DNA of 64,000 bases, taken from assembly GCF_006345805.1 (NCBI RefSeq), contig NC_043007.1, positions 22,506,001 through 22,570,000 on the forward strand, read 5' to 3'. Source of the DNA: Octopus sinensis. Taxonomy: Eukaryota. The notes below the pieces were generated by a model that was given only the letters and a program-made list of their open reading frames with translations, did not search any database and was not told where the DNA came from. Below are positions 11,101-24,400 of this stretch, piece after piece; within the stretch, counting starts at the first letter, position 1, and every line of letters starts with the position of its first letter. A program made the translations under genes and the position numbers.

Positions 11101-14100
11101 TCTAAGAGTTAATTTATACGTTTCGAGGAAGGAAAGTCTTATTTATCTTTGTTTGCTGGGAAAGGACAACTATGGACATATTTCAGTCTGTTACACCTCA
11201 TCAGCACAGCGTAGTCTACTGAAACCCTGTTTGATCTATTCACAAAGATTTTCCATCTTCATTATCTTCATTTTTTAATGTCCGCCTTCCTTGCTGGCAT
11301 GGGTTGGACAGTTTAACAGGAGCTGGCCAGGCAGACTGCACCATGTTTCTGTGTCAGTTTTGGCATGGTTGTTACAGCTGAATGCCTTTCCTAATACTAA
11401 CCACTCCGCAGTGGGGACTGAGTGCTTTTTAGGTGGCATGGTTTTTAGAGCTGGATACCCTTCCGAATGCAAATCACTTTACAGAAAATACTTGTTACAT
11501 ATACAGATAATTATTGGTCAGTGTAATTTGCATAATTAAACAATATATAAATAAGGGAAATAACTCAAATGGGCCAATACCACGAATTTTGAATAAATAT
11601 ATATTTTAAGTGGTGATATACTTAATATTTCGTTTTTGGATTCAGTTTGCAAAATTCTTTATATATATATATATATATATATACCCAGTGTAAGCTATGG
11701 ACACATAAGAGGTGCAGCAATGTCAAAGGTAGGCTAACTGGGAAGATAGTTTTTGTATGTGGCAGATGCTCAGGAGCATTAACCTCCGAAAATCTGCAGA
11801 AAATAACTTCAGTCACTTTCCAAGGGGAAAAACTAGAAGTAGTTGATAGCTTCCGTTATCTAGGTGACCAAGTCAGTAGTGAGGGTGGGTGCGCTGAAAG
11901 TGTAACTGCTAGAATAAGAATAGCCTGGGCAAAGTTTAGGGAGCTCTTACCTCTGCTGGTGACTAAAGGCCTCTCGCTCAGAGTAAAAGGCAGACTGTAT
12001 GATGCGTGTGTACGAACAGCCATGCTACATGGCAGTGAAACATGGGCCGTGTCTGCCGAGGACATGCGTAAGCTCGTGAGGAATGAAGCCAGTATGCTCC
12101 GATGGATGTGTAATGTCAGTGTACATACTCGACAGAGCGTTAGCACCTTGAGAGAAATGTTGTACCTAAGAGGCATCAGTTGTGGTGTGCAAGAGAGACG
12201 ATTGTGCTGGTATGGTCATGTGGCGAGAATGGATGAAGATAGGTGTGTGAGAAAGTGCCAATCCTTAGCAGTTGAGGGAACCCGTGGAAGAGGTAGACCC
12301 AGGAAAACCTGGGACGAGGTGGTGAAGCACGACCTTCGAACTTTAGGCCTCACTGAGGAAATGACCGGCGACCGAGACCTTTGGAAATATTCTGTACGTG
12401 AGAAGACCAGGCAGGACAAGTGAGCCCAGCCCACTTATGAATGCCTTTCCTCCCTTGGACACAAAGACCTGTTGAGGCAAGCGAAGTCGATATAGAACCT
12501 CATCCGACGACAGGCATGTTGGGGCAAGCGAAATCGAAATCGAAGTCAAAATCGAATTGAACCAGCCAGGATCCCTGGTCTGGTGGTACGTAAAAAGCAC
12601 TATCCGACTTGTGGCCGATGCCAGCGCCGCCTCCACTGGCTTCTGTGCCGGTGGCACGTAAAATACACCAATCTGACCGTACGACAGGCACCCATGCCAA
12701 CCCCCTTGCTTGCGAAGACATGTTGGGGCAAGCGAAATCGAATTGAACCAGCCAGGTTCCCTGGTCTGGTGGTACGTAAAAAGCACTATCCGACTCGTGG
12801 CCGATGCCAGCACCGCCTCGTCTGGCTTCCGTGCTGGTGGCACATAAAATACACCAATCCGACCGTGGCCGTTGCCAGCCTCGCCTGGCACCTGTGCAGG
12901 TGGCACGTAAAAAGCACCCACTACACTCACGGAGTGGTTGGCGTTAGGAAGGCATCCAGCTGTAGAAACACTGCCAGATAAGACTGGAGCCTGGTGCAGC
13001 CTTCTGGCTTCCCAGATCCCCGGTCGAACCGTCCAACCCATGCTAGCATGGAGAACGGACGTTAAACGATGATGATGATGATATATATGTATATATATAT
13101 ATATATAAATAAGGCACAAAAAGAAAATGACTCTCCCCAGACATAACAGGATATACTTAATGTTTCATGCAAAAAAAAAAGAGAGAAAAGAAAGGAGAAA
13201 AATATTTCCCTCTTAGTTGCACAAATTAAACCAACACCTAGCGTAAATTGTTGGCAACTTATAAAGAAAAGGGGAGATAATTTTAATATTTAAGTGCTTG
13301 TGCTCTTCAATTTCAGGAACTGCAAAGAAAAGAAGACATAATCAGCAACAGGGAAGCCATGTTGGTTGAGAAAAGTGAATTGGAAATCAAGAAATTGCGG
13401 TCAAGTCAGATTATGAATAAGGTTGTTCTTTTCTTTAAAGTCTAGTTTCATTGTCTAACTAGCAGTATCGCCCAGCGTTGCTCGGGTTTGTTTTCACCCT
13501 TTAGAATTGGAATTTTTGAAAAGTAAAACTTTTGCTTAGTAGCTTGTTATTCTCTTTAAGTGAACATTTTTCTGGTTGAAATACTCCGAAAAATGGTGAC
13601 ACAGCAGTAAAAAAATCGTAAAAAATAGGGATTTTCATAGAAAAAGTGCACCTTTTTGATGTAAATAATTTTTGGTGTTAACATGGTCCGATTTGATTTT
13701 TTTCTTCTATGGAATGAAGAGCAAGCCTTCTTCTATCATACTCTCAATTTTGGTCAACTTGCGCCGCAGGGTCTCGGAGGAGATAGTGTTAGTTGAAGGC
13801 TACCAAACCTGCCACACACAGGCAACTTCAGCTTTATATAGAGAGAGATGGTTCTCTTATGATCATTATTGAAATGCCATGGTCAAATAGATGAGCCAAT
13901 GTGATACACAAACTGGCTGGATTAAAAGCGTTATGAAATAGACAAGGCCGGTGGTCAGTCAAACTGGCTTTAACAAAAACCGGTCAGACAGAAATAGTCA
14001 GCTGGATGAATTGGTTGGTTAGATAAGTTGAAAGCAATGTTACTGTGATTGACCTGGTCTTATAGTCCCTTGATGATGTAGTTCAAAAGCCTCAGAATCT

Positions 14101-14795
14101 ATATTATATTCTAGGTATGTATTCCAGAACTGAGGTGCATTACTATATTTGCCATAGTATTGTCATCATCATCGTCATCGTCATCGTTTTAATATTCACT
14201 TTCCCATGATTGCATGGGTAACACAGACTTTACTGAGGCAGGTTTTCTATGGCCAGATGCCTTTACTATCACCAACCCACACCTGTTTCCATGCAAGGTA
14301 ATATTTCCCCATGGCCAGACATGATGTCAAGAAAAGAACCCCCCCCCCCCACACACACACACACACGCATACACTTATATATATACTCTTTACTCTTTTA
14401 CTCTTTTACTTGTTTCAGTCATTTGACTGTGGTCATGCTGGAGCACCGCCTTTAATCGAGCAACTCGACCCTGGGACTTATTCTTTTGTAAGCCCAGTAC
14501 TTATTCTATCGGTCTTTTTTGCCGAACCGCTAAGTGACGGGGACGTAAACACATCAGCATTGGTTGTCAAGCAATGCTAGAGGGACAAACACAGACACAC
14601 AAACACACACATACACACATATATATATACATATATACGACGAGTTTCTTTCAGTTTCCGTCTACCAAATCCACTCACAAGGCTTTGGTTGGCCCGAGGC
14701 TATAGAAGACACTTGCCCAAGGTGCCATGCAGTGGGACTAAACCCGGAACCATGTGGTTGGTAAACAAGCTACTTACCACACAGCCACTCCTCCA

Positions 14796-14831
<36 letters not shown>

Positions 14832-17800
14832 CATACACATGTATATTCCTTCTTCTTAAGCCATGCATGGCTCATAAGGGTCTGTTTCCTTGGCGTATGG
14901 GTTCCCCACATGGATGGGATGCCAGTCCATCACAGATGAGCTGCAAGATGCAGGAGGAAAGAGTGAGAGAATGTTGTGGTGAAAGAGTCAGCAGAAGTTC
15001 GCCATTACCTTCTGCCGGAGCCGCATGGAGCTTAGGTGTTTTTTGCTCATAAACATGTAAATATGTAAATATATATGTATGTGTGTGTGTGTGTGTTTAT
15101 GCGTTTGTGTTTGTCCCCCCAACATCGCTTGACAACCGATGCTGGTGTGTTTACGTCCCCCTAACTTAAAGCCAGGTTTACAACCAACTCTTTGTGTGTG
15201 TTGAAGTTTGTCCTGGTTAGTTTTGTCAGGAATCATAAGAAATCTGTGCAGTACCTACAACACTATTTAGTGCTAAGCTTACCATGTCTTCAGGTCAATC
15301 ACCTTGAATCGTGGATGTCCTAATCTGTCCCTATCTTCTAATGAAATGGAAACTCTTTCTAAACTTGCTACAGCTTGATCCTGTAGGAGAAACTTTTAAG
15401 TCAGGATATATAAGAGATAAATATATTCATTTAACCACTTAACATTCTTAGGATTACAGCTGTTTCGCAGCTTTCTCCATGCAGTAATAATTTTGGTGCG
15501 GAATAAAACCCTGTTTACATGTTTGCATTAATATGCATGTTATGTATTATACAATGCAATTGTATATTCACAACTCATTGCAAATAAAGAAAGCTTGCTC
15601 TTTAGACAAAGGTTGAGAAGTCTTTATTCCTAGCCCTTCTACCTGCCGCTTGCACACAATCCCAGGGTGCATTTAGGGCACTTTTCCAAACATCCACTGA
15701 CATTGATGAGATAATAGAGGCAAAAATTCCTTCTGAAGATTTTCCAGGTGTTTTTCTTTGCATTTCATTATGTTTCGGTTTTAAAAATTATTTTCTGACC
15801 CAATATTTCTAGGATTTGATGGGTTTGTCTGCAAAACTGGTGTCAGTTGAAAAGACGATAGAGACCAAAAAGCTGGAGATGATCAAAGCGTCCCAAGACC
15901 AGGAAGAGACTGTACAGAAAGAAATCGATAAATTAAAGCAGGTTCGTACCAATCTTAAGGAGCAACTGGCAACCCTTGATGAAAAACTGACTGATGGATG
16001 TTTGCTTAGTAATCAAGAGGAGAGACGGTAAGGCTGCTTTCTTCCATTTCCACTCTTCATGGCATTTTTGCACTGCTTCTTCTCTTCTTCACTGCATCGT
16101 AGATCCAGAGCTGATTGCTGCACGTGCTTTGGATCAAGTTAATACTGTGAAAATACTAATAAAAATAAATACAAGCTTTCATATTTCTGGATGACAGTCT
16201 TATTTTGTTTATTTCATCTGTTTGTAACAAATTTATAGCTTTTTTTTTTTTCATAAGGAGTGGTTGTGTGGTAAGTAGCTTGCTTATCAACCACATGGTT
16301 CCAGGTTCAGTCCCACTGTGTGGTACCTTGGGCAAGTGTCTTCTACTATAGCCTCGGGCCAACCAAAGCCTTGTGAGTGGATTTGGTAGACGGAAACTGA
16401 AAGAAGCCCATCGTATATATGTATATATATATATATGTATGTGTGTCTGTGTTTGTCTCTGCATCATCGCTTGTCAAGCAATGCTGGTGTGTTCATGTCC
16501 CCGTAACTTAGCGGTTCGGCAAAAGAGACCAATAGAATAAGTACTAGGCTTACAAAGAATAAGTCCTGGTGTCGATTTGCTCGACTAAAGGCGGTGCTCC
16601 AGCATGGCCACAGTCAAATGACTGAAACAAGTAAAAGAGTAAAAGAGAGAGTAAAAAGAGTAAGATGCTTCATGATTAGAGGTCACCTTAACTACAAATG
16701 AAATCTTTTGCTGCATGGAGTTAAATACTTTCTTGTCATCGTTGCCATTAGAAACTCTCTGAACTAGTGATTGCTCCCTTAACTCTTTAGTGTTTAAACC
16801 AGCCATATCCGGCCCAAATTTACTACATGTTTTATATTCAAACTGGCCATATCTAGCCTCTCACACCTAACCTACAGTGACATTCTAAAAATAAACAATC
16901 ATATCATTGAAGCCTCAAAGCTATAAGGTAATGCATGATTAATTCAAAACAATTTGAGTGAAAAAGTATTACATTTAATAGAGAAATTTGAACACCAAAG
17001 GGTTAAAGATCTGAAGTTATTGATGGCGTTTGAGAAAGGTTCTTTCTCATACCTTTACCTCCTTCATGTTAGTATGCACTGGGCAGTTTAACTGGAACCA
17101 GCAGACCAGAAGTCTGCACCAAGCTCCGATGTCTGTTTTGGTATGGTTTCTATGGTTGGATGTTCCTCCTAATACAATCACTTTACAAAGCATATGTAAG
17201 CATATGGATATGAAAATAAACAGATCAACATACAAACGGACAGGTACATAGGCTATAAGAACAGACACATATGGAGACATGGGTCCACACTTATAGAGAT
17301 GCACATCCATACATAGAAACAGACATGCACACACAAGGAAACAGAGGTGCATACATATACAAACACATGCTCACATACACACATACATAAAAAAATACAC
17401 AAACACGGACATGCAAACACATGAATATGCAGAATACATACATACAGATGCACACACATACATATATACATATGCATACACACACATATACATACGTACA
17501 TGCATGCATGCATAGGCACACACACTGACCCACACATGCACACAAACAAACAAAAAGGAACGCAGTGTAAATAACGGACAGTCAAGACTATTGAAAAAGT
17601 TGCAAGACGCAACGAAAATTTTAGGAAAATAAAAATAAGAAGTAAATGGAAATTTTACTGGTGAGTGTGTTACATTATAAGGCACAAAAGAAAATGACTC
17701 TCCCCAGACACAACAGAATATGCTTCAACACACAAACTCATATAAAGAATCTTGCAAACCAAATCCCAAAACGAAATCATCATCATCATCGTTTAACGTC

Positions 17801-18392
17801 TGCTTTCCATGCTGGCATGGGTTGGACGATTTGACTGAGGACTGTTGAACCAGATGGCTGCACCAGGCTCCAATCTTGATCTGGCAGAGTTTCTACAGCT
17901 GGATGCCCTTCCTAAAGCCAACCATTCCAAGAGTGTAGTGAGTGCTTTTACGTGCCACCGGCATGAGGGCGTCAGGCAGTACTGGCAACAGCCACAAAAA
18001 AATCGTTTTTTTTTTTAACATGTCACCTGCACACCGGCACAAGTGCCAGTAAGGTGACACTGGTAATGATCGCGCTCAAATGGTGCTTTTTATGTGTCGC
18101 CAGCACGAACACCAGTTAGCCACTCTGGCAATGATCACGCTTGGATGGTACTCTTAGTGCTCCACTAGCACGAATGCCAGTCATCGAATTTGATTTCGAT
18201 TTCACTTGCCTCAACAGGTCTTTGCAAGCAGTGTCCAATGTACGCATAAATGGGCTGGTTACACCCCTGGCTTATGGTTGTGATACATGTGCCTTGTTGT
18301 ACCCTTATCAGACGGGTAGTCACGATGGGTATACTGGGCTTTGTATATTTTACCCCAGTTTCACTTTGATTGTATGCACTGCTCTCTCACTC

Positions 18393-18436
<44 letters not shown>

Positions 18437-21400
18437 ATTTAATGTAAACAATGCCTCAGGTGCACCACAACTCATCAGATATATTTGGAGTGACACTTTT
18501 AATACCACCAGGTATTCTTCTCATCGCTTTCTCTGTTACTATTCTCTGTACCTGCTTGTTGCTTACAATTCGGTTCTTTCAACTTAGATTTTTTCATTTT
18601 TCCTTTTCTACCAGCTTGTTATTTTTATTTATTTTCATTGAATCTCTCTTTCTCTTTCGCTAAGAAATCGACTGTAGTCAAACCTAGAGAGAGAAAGATT
18701 CCACCCAAGTTTAACCCTTTAGTATTTAAATTGGCCATATCCGGCCAAAATAGTTAATCTGTTTTATGTTCAAACTGACCAGATCCAGGCTCTCACACCT
18801 ACCCTACAATGTTATTCTACATTAGGTAATTACACCATCAAGATCTTGAAGATATGAGATAATGCATGATTAATTCAAATCAATGGGAATCAATAAGCAT
18901 TATGTTTGAGAGAATAATCTGAACACTAAAGGGTTAAATGCTCCAGATGCACTGTATGCCCCTGTGGTACCCCTATAGCTTCAGCAGGAGTTGAGCAACC
19001 AAGGCATGTCAATGCAAGAACGAATGCCTTCTGGTAATCATTCAAGCTCTCTGAGCTCAGGGTTGCCAACATCGGTTTTGCTTCTCATAATTTCAGGGCT
19101 GATATATAAAGAATATAAAGAAACGGGCCATAGCAGTGGATTAACAGAATTGTCAGAAGAACAGGTTTTCACAAGCAGGGTTTATTGTCCAATGAAGGAA
19201 AGGTATGCCTGAGTGGGCTGGTTACACCACAGGTATAGGCCACAGGTTATGGTCTCATCAATACATTTTTCTACAGTTCCTAATAATATTTAATTATAAA
19301 AATGTAATAAGATTATTTTAAAACATCGAAAGGCAAGGAGGGTCCATCTGAGTAAAATAGGAATCAAAGGGGTACACAGGTAAAAGAAACGGTTGAGAAT
19401 CACTGATATTACAATAGAGTATATTAGAGTACTCTATTGTAATAGAGTACTCTATTGCAATAGAGTGCATTAGAGTACTCTATTGCAATAGAGTGCATTA
19501 GAGTACTCTATTGCAATAGAGTGCATTAGAGTACTCTATTGCAATAGCGTACATTAGAGTACTCTGTTGTAATAGAGTACTCTATTGCAATAGAGTATAT
19601 TAGAGTACTCTATTGTAATGGAGTATATTAGAGTACTCTATTGTAATGGAGTATATAAGAGTACTCTGTTGTAATAGAGTACTTTATTGCATTAGAGTAC
19701 TATATTGTAATAGAATACTTTAGAGTACTCTAATGTCATAGAGTGAAAGAGGGAATAAGAGAGAGAGACAGAGAGATAGGCTGACACTCTGATAGTCAAT
19801 CAGAGAAGGACACAGACAGGCAGACAGGTAGAAAGACTCGTTCTGTTAGTGTTTTACATGAGGCCTTAGAATTCTAAAGCTCCTCACCTTTGTGTGTCTG
19901 GCATGAGCTGGGATGCTGCTCTGCTGTGTGATGCTGAACCCTTCCCTATCACTTGTAGGTTAATAGAGCTAGAGGAGGCTGTTGAAGAACTTGACGCTGC
20001 CATTGAGTATAAGAACAAGACCATCGAAAGCAGGCAGATGGAACTTCGGCAATCTTGGTTCTCTGTGCAGGTAAGCTTACATTATGTTTCTTTTTTTTTA
20101 TGTTGTTTTAATGTTTTGATTAATTAATCTTCAACCCCAAGTTCTAATCAATCAGTGTAGCCCCTAATCAAATCCCTTTTGGTACCTGTTTTAATGCCCT
20201 GTTCAAATATTTTTTGACATATTTTCTTTATTGTTCAACCCTATGTTAACCCTGTTTTATCAAGCCCTAATCAAATCCCTTTTTTGAGTGTATGTTTAGA
20301 TTGTTTAGATTGTATGTTTTGATTGTTGAACCGCAGTTGATCAGATTCCTAATTAGATCCCTTTATTTTTTCAATGTTTTGCTTTAATGTTGTTCAGCCA
20401 TGTGTTTTCCCTAATCAATCAAAGCCTGAATCGTTGTCGTCGTTGGCGGCGGCGGCGTTGTTTAACGTCTGCTTTCCATGCTCGACGATTTGACTGAGGA
20501 CTGGCGAATCAGATGGCTGCACCAGACTCCAATCTGATCTGGCACTGTTTCTACAACTGGATGCCCTTCCTAATGCCAACCACTCTGAGAGTGTAGTGGT
20601 TGCTTTTACGTACCACCGGCACGAGGGCCAGTCACGCAATACTGGCAACGACCTCGCTCGAATCTTTTTACACATGCCACCAGCACAGGTGCCAGTAAAG
20701 CAATGCTGGTAACGATCATGCTTGAATGGTGCCTTTTACATGCCACCGGCATGGAAGCCAGTTAACCGCTCTGGCAACAATCACGCTCAGATGGTGCTCT
20801 TAGCACCCTACTAGCACAGGGCTCAAGTCCCGGTACGGCGACGCTGGTAACGATCATACTCGAATGTCAGCACCAATTGATCAAAGACATTCTAACTGTG
20901 ACCATCCCATCTTTTTTTTCCTTAAATCATACAAATCCTTTACTTGTTTCAATCATTGGACTGTGACCATGCCAGGGCACTGCATAAAGGGTTTTAGTCA
21001 AACAAATCAACCCCAGTATTCATTTTTAAAGTCTGGTGCTTCTATCAGTCATTTTTGCCAAACCACTAAGTTACAGGGATGTAAACAAACCAACACCAGT
21101 TGTCAAGCAGTGGCAACGAACAGAAATAAACATGCATATACACACATGTATCTGAGCCTTGTGAGTGGATTTGATAGACAGGGCAGAGAGTAACTGAAAG
21201 AAGCCCATCACACACACATAGAAGTTATATATATCATATCATACCTATTTCATTATTCCCCACAAGGAGCTAAACACAGAGGGGACAAACAAGGACAGAC
21301 AAACAGATTAAGCCGATTATATCGACCCCAAAAGGATTAAAGGCAAAGTCGACCTCGGTGGAATTTGAACTCAGAACGTAGCAGCAGATGAAATACCACT

Positions 21401-24400
21401 AAGCATGTCGCCTGGCGTGCTAACGATTCTGCCAGCTCACCGCCTTATATCATATCATACCTTGATACTGTGTGGACTAAGATCCCCATTGACAGGTCCC
21501 TGATATTTAAAACTGAAGTGTTAACACATATGGTATGCAAATTAGTGACCCCAGTTTTCTGTAGCTGCTGTAATTGTTGAATATATATATAGGCGCAGGA
21601 GTTGCTGTGTGGTAAGTAGCTTGCTTACCAACCACATGGTTCCGGGTTCAGTCCCACTGCGTGGCACCTTGGGCAAGTGTCTTCTGCTATAGCCTCGGGC
21701 CGACCAATGCCTTGTGAGTGGATTTGGTAGACGGAAACTGAAAGAAGCCTGTCATATATATGTATATATATATGTATATATGTATGTGTGTGTATATGTT
21801 TGTGTGTCTGTGTTTGTCCCCCAAGCATTGCTTGACAACCGATGCTGGTGTGTTTACGTCCCTGTCACTTAGCGGTTTGGCAAAAGAGACCGATAGAATA
21901 AGTACTGGGCTTACAAAGAATAAGTCCCGGGGTCGATTTGCTCGTCTGGATGCGGTGCTCCAGCATGGCCGCAATCGGGTGGCTGAAACAAGTAAAAGAG
22001 TAAAAGAGTAAAGAGTATAGTTTGGCTGCTTGTTTCTCTGAGACTGGTTAAATTGATGAAGACACCTCTAATGAGAATTCAATAAGATCCAAAGATTGAA
22101 GGCTGTTCATAATTTTTTTTCAGCCAATGGAGAAACAGCAAAATTAGCCCTGTTTATATAGGTTATGTACCAGAGATGTGCTACCTAGGTAGGCAATATA
22201 GGCAGTGCTCTTCAATATCCTCCCAAAAGACCTGAAAGACCTGCATGGGGTGGATGTAGGTGTCTTCAAAATAAAGCTGGACCTCGTGGCAGGAGGTGCA
22301 GATGAGGGCGGCTGCATCGAACTCTCTCATGCACCAAATGTCAATTGCTAAAAAGCATTCGTGAAGTAAAATCATGTAGCAACACCAAATGGCAGTGCCC
22401 CAGCATGGCCACAGCTCGTGAGCTGAAACTAGATGAAATAAACTGAAATGAAATTTTAAAAAATATCTGTTTTCCATGTTGGCATGGGTTTGATGGTTTG
22501 ACAGGAGCTGGCAAGCTGGAGAGCTAAGCCAGGCTCCATTCTGATTTGACATGGTTTCTATGGCTGGATGCCCTTCCTAATGAGTGTGCTGGGTGCTTTT
22601 ACATGGCACCACATGGGGTATGAATTTTTATGGCCAGCTTGTCTTCTGTTTCTCAGTGTAATCCATTTTTTTCTTTTTCTGTTTTTTTCATTACTTGACC
22701 AGCGTGAGGGTGGGATCTTGAGTTTATTCAACACCCTCAACCCGCAAGAAATGATGTTGCTGCTGATGAAATATTTTGAGAAAGTCATCAACTTCCGTGA
22801 CAACGAGCGCAAGTTGTCTCACAAAATGAATGAGTTTCAGGTAAGCTGTGTTTTATCGTGCTATCGTTACCTGTCTTTTGTTGTTGTTGTTGCTGCTGCT
22901 TGTTTGTTTGTTTGTTTGTTGAGAAAAGCTGTCTTCGTCCCAAAGCTCGCAAGATCGCGCCTCAGGATTGTCTGTAGTGGGAGAAGTCCGAAACATGGTC
23001 CTTTGCTATTCGTAAGACCCGCAGAAGAGAAAGCAGGTCAACCCCCCGACACCGAGAGCATCGATGGATGGATGAATGCGCATCCAGGCTCAGCGGTTGC
23101 ATAGGAAGTCGGGGACAAGAAACAGGAAGAAAGAGTGAGAGAAAGTTGGAGCGAAAGAGTACAACAGGGGTCACCACCACCCCCTGCCGGAGCCTCGTGG
23201 AGCTTTAGGTGTTTACGCTCAATAAATACACACAACGCCTGGTCTGGGAATCGAAACCGCGATCCTCCGACCGCGAGTCCGCTGCCCTAACCACTGGGCC
23301 ATTGCAGAGGTGCTGCTACAGTTGTTGGCAGCGGCAGCGGTGAGGAGGGAGATGATTTTTATTGTTTAAACCGATGTCTGTCAGCAGATTATTGTCGGAC
23401 AGTAATCACTAGAAGAAGCCGTAGTCTTCTTGTCATTAATGTCTAACATAGGCACTACTTTCAGATTTTGAAGGAAGGAACTTTTTTATTTTATCAACCC
23501 TGGAGCAATGACTGTGAAGTGAACCTTAGCAGGATCTGAACCCAAAACAGAACTTGTTGTAACTAGAAGCTGCAAGGCATTTTATCTGAAACTCTGCATT
23601 TTCTGCCATCTGTTTCTCTCGCCATTACTGCTGCTGTCGTTAGTTATGGTTGTTAATTCAAAAGAATGATGTGGCTGTGATCGTTTTCGATTAGACATAA
23701 TCTATAACAGCGTTTCTCAACCTTATAATTTTGGGTCCCCTGTTTCGATGGGAGCCTCCAGCTTTATGAGAATTTCCTGACCCCATCCTGTCAGAAAACA
23801 GCTTCTAAGCAACTGGTTGTTTTAATGGTGGAAGAAAGAGGGGAATTCCATCAGAAAAAATTTTTATCTATTTTCTCGGTAAGTATGGGGGCTAGAAAAA
23901 AATACAAACCGCATACCAATCTATGTACCCATCTCCACATGTGTGCCATTTTTTATGCGAATCCACCCAGCCATTTGGCTGTGAACCTCAAGACAAGAAA
24001 GAATACAACGATCGCCCATGTCCAATTTATATTATAGACTAGCAGTATCGCCCGGCATTGCTCGGGTTTCTAAGGGAAATAACTATATAAGCATTTTTAG
24101 AGAGTTACTTCCCTTATATAATAGCAAAAAATGCAAAAAAATGATGGTAAATTATTTTTAAATCGTAGACTCATCGTAGACGCGCGCTAATACCCAGAAG
24201 GGCTCGATATGAATCACGACTATAAGATACCCGGTTTTGGTTAAACTGCACCGCAAAATGTGGGAGTAGTTAGGAATCTAAATCAGAGGAGACAGACTCT
24301 CACACACACAACTTCAGTTTTATATATAAAGATTAACTATTCTTAACTATTTTTTAAAATTCCAGAGCAGAATCGAAGAACAAGACAAGTTACTCCATGA

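Noticed and set aside
12343-13119. Long ORFs of 258, 205 and 132 aa (also 54035-54652, 12583-12981)
   Set aside because: Chance frames through the GC-rich modular RTE 3' UTR and microsatellites.
17253-17685. Cys/Val-rich ORFs (also 43544-43848, 50397-50687)
   Set aside because: Translations of (TG)n, (AT)n and (AAT)n microsatellites.
19408-19746. CRISPR-like array (also the 48 bp and 157 bp arrays)
   Set aside because: No unique spacers, no cas genes, eukaryotic intron context.
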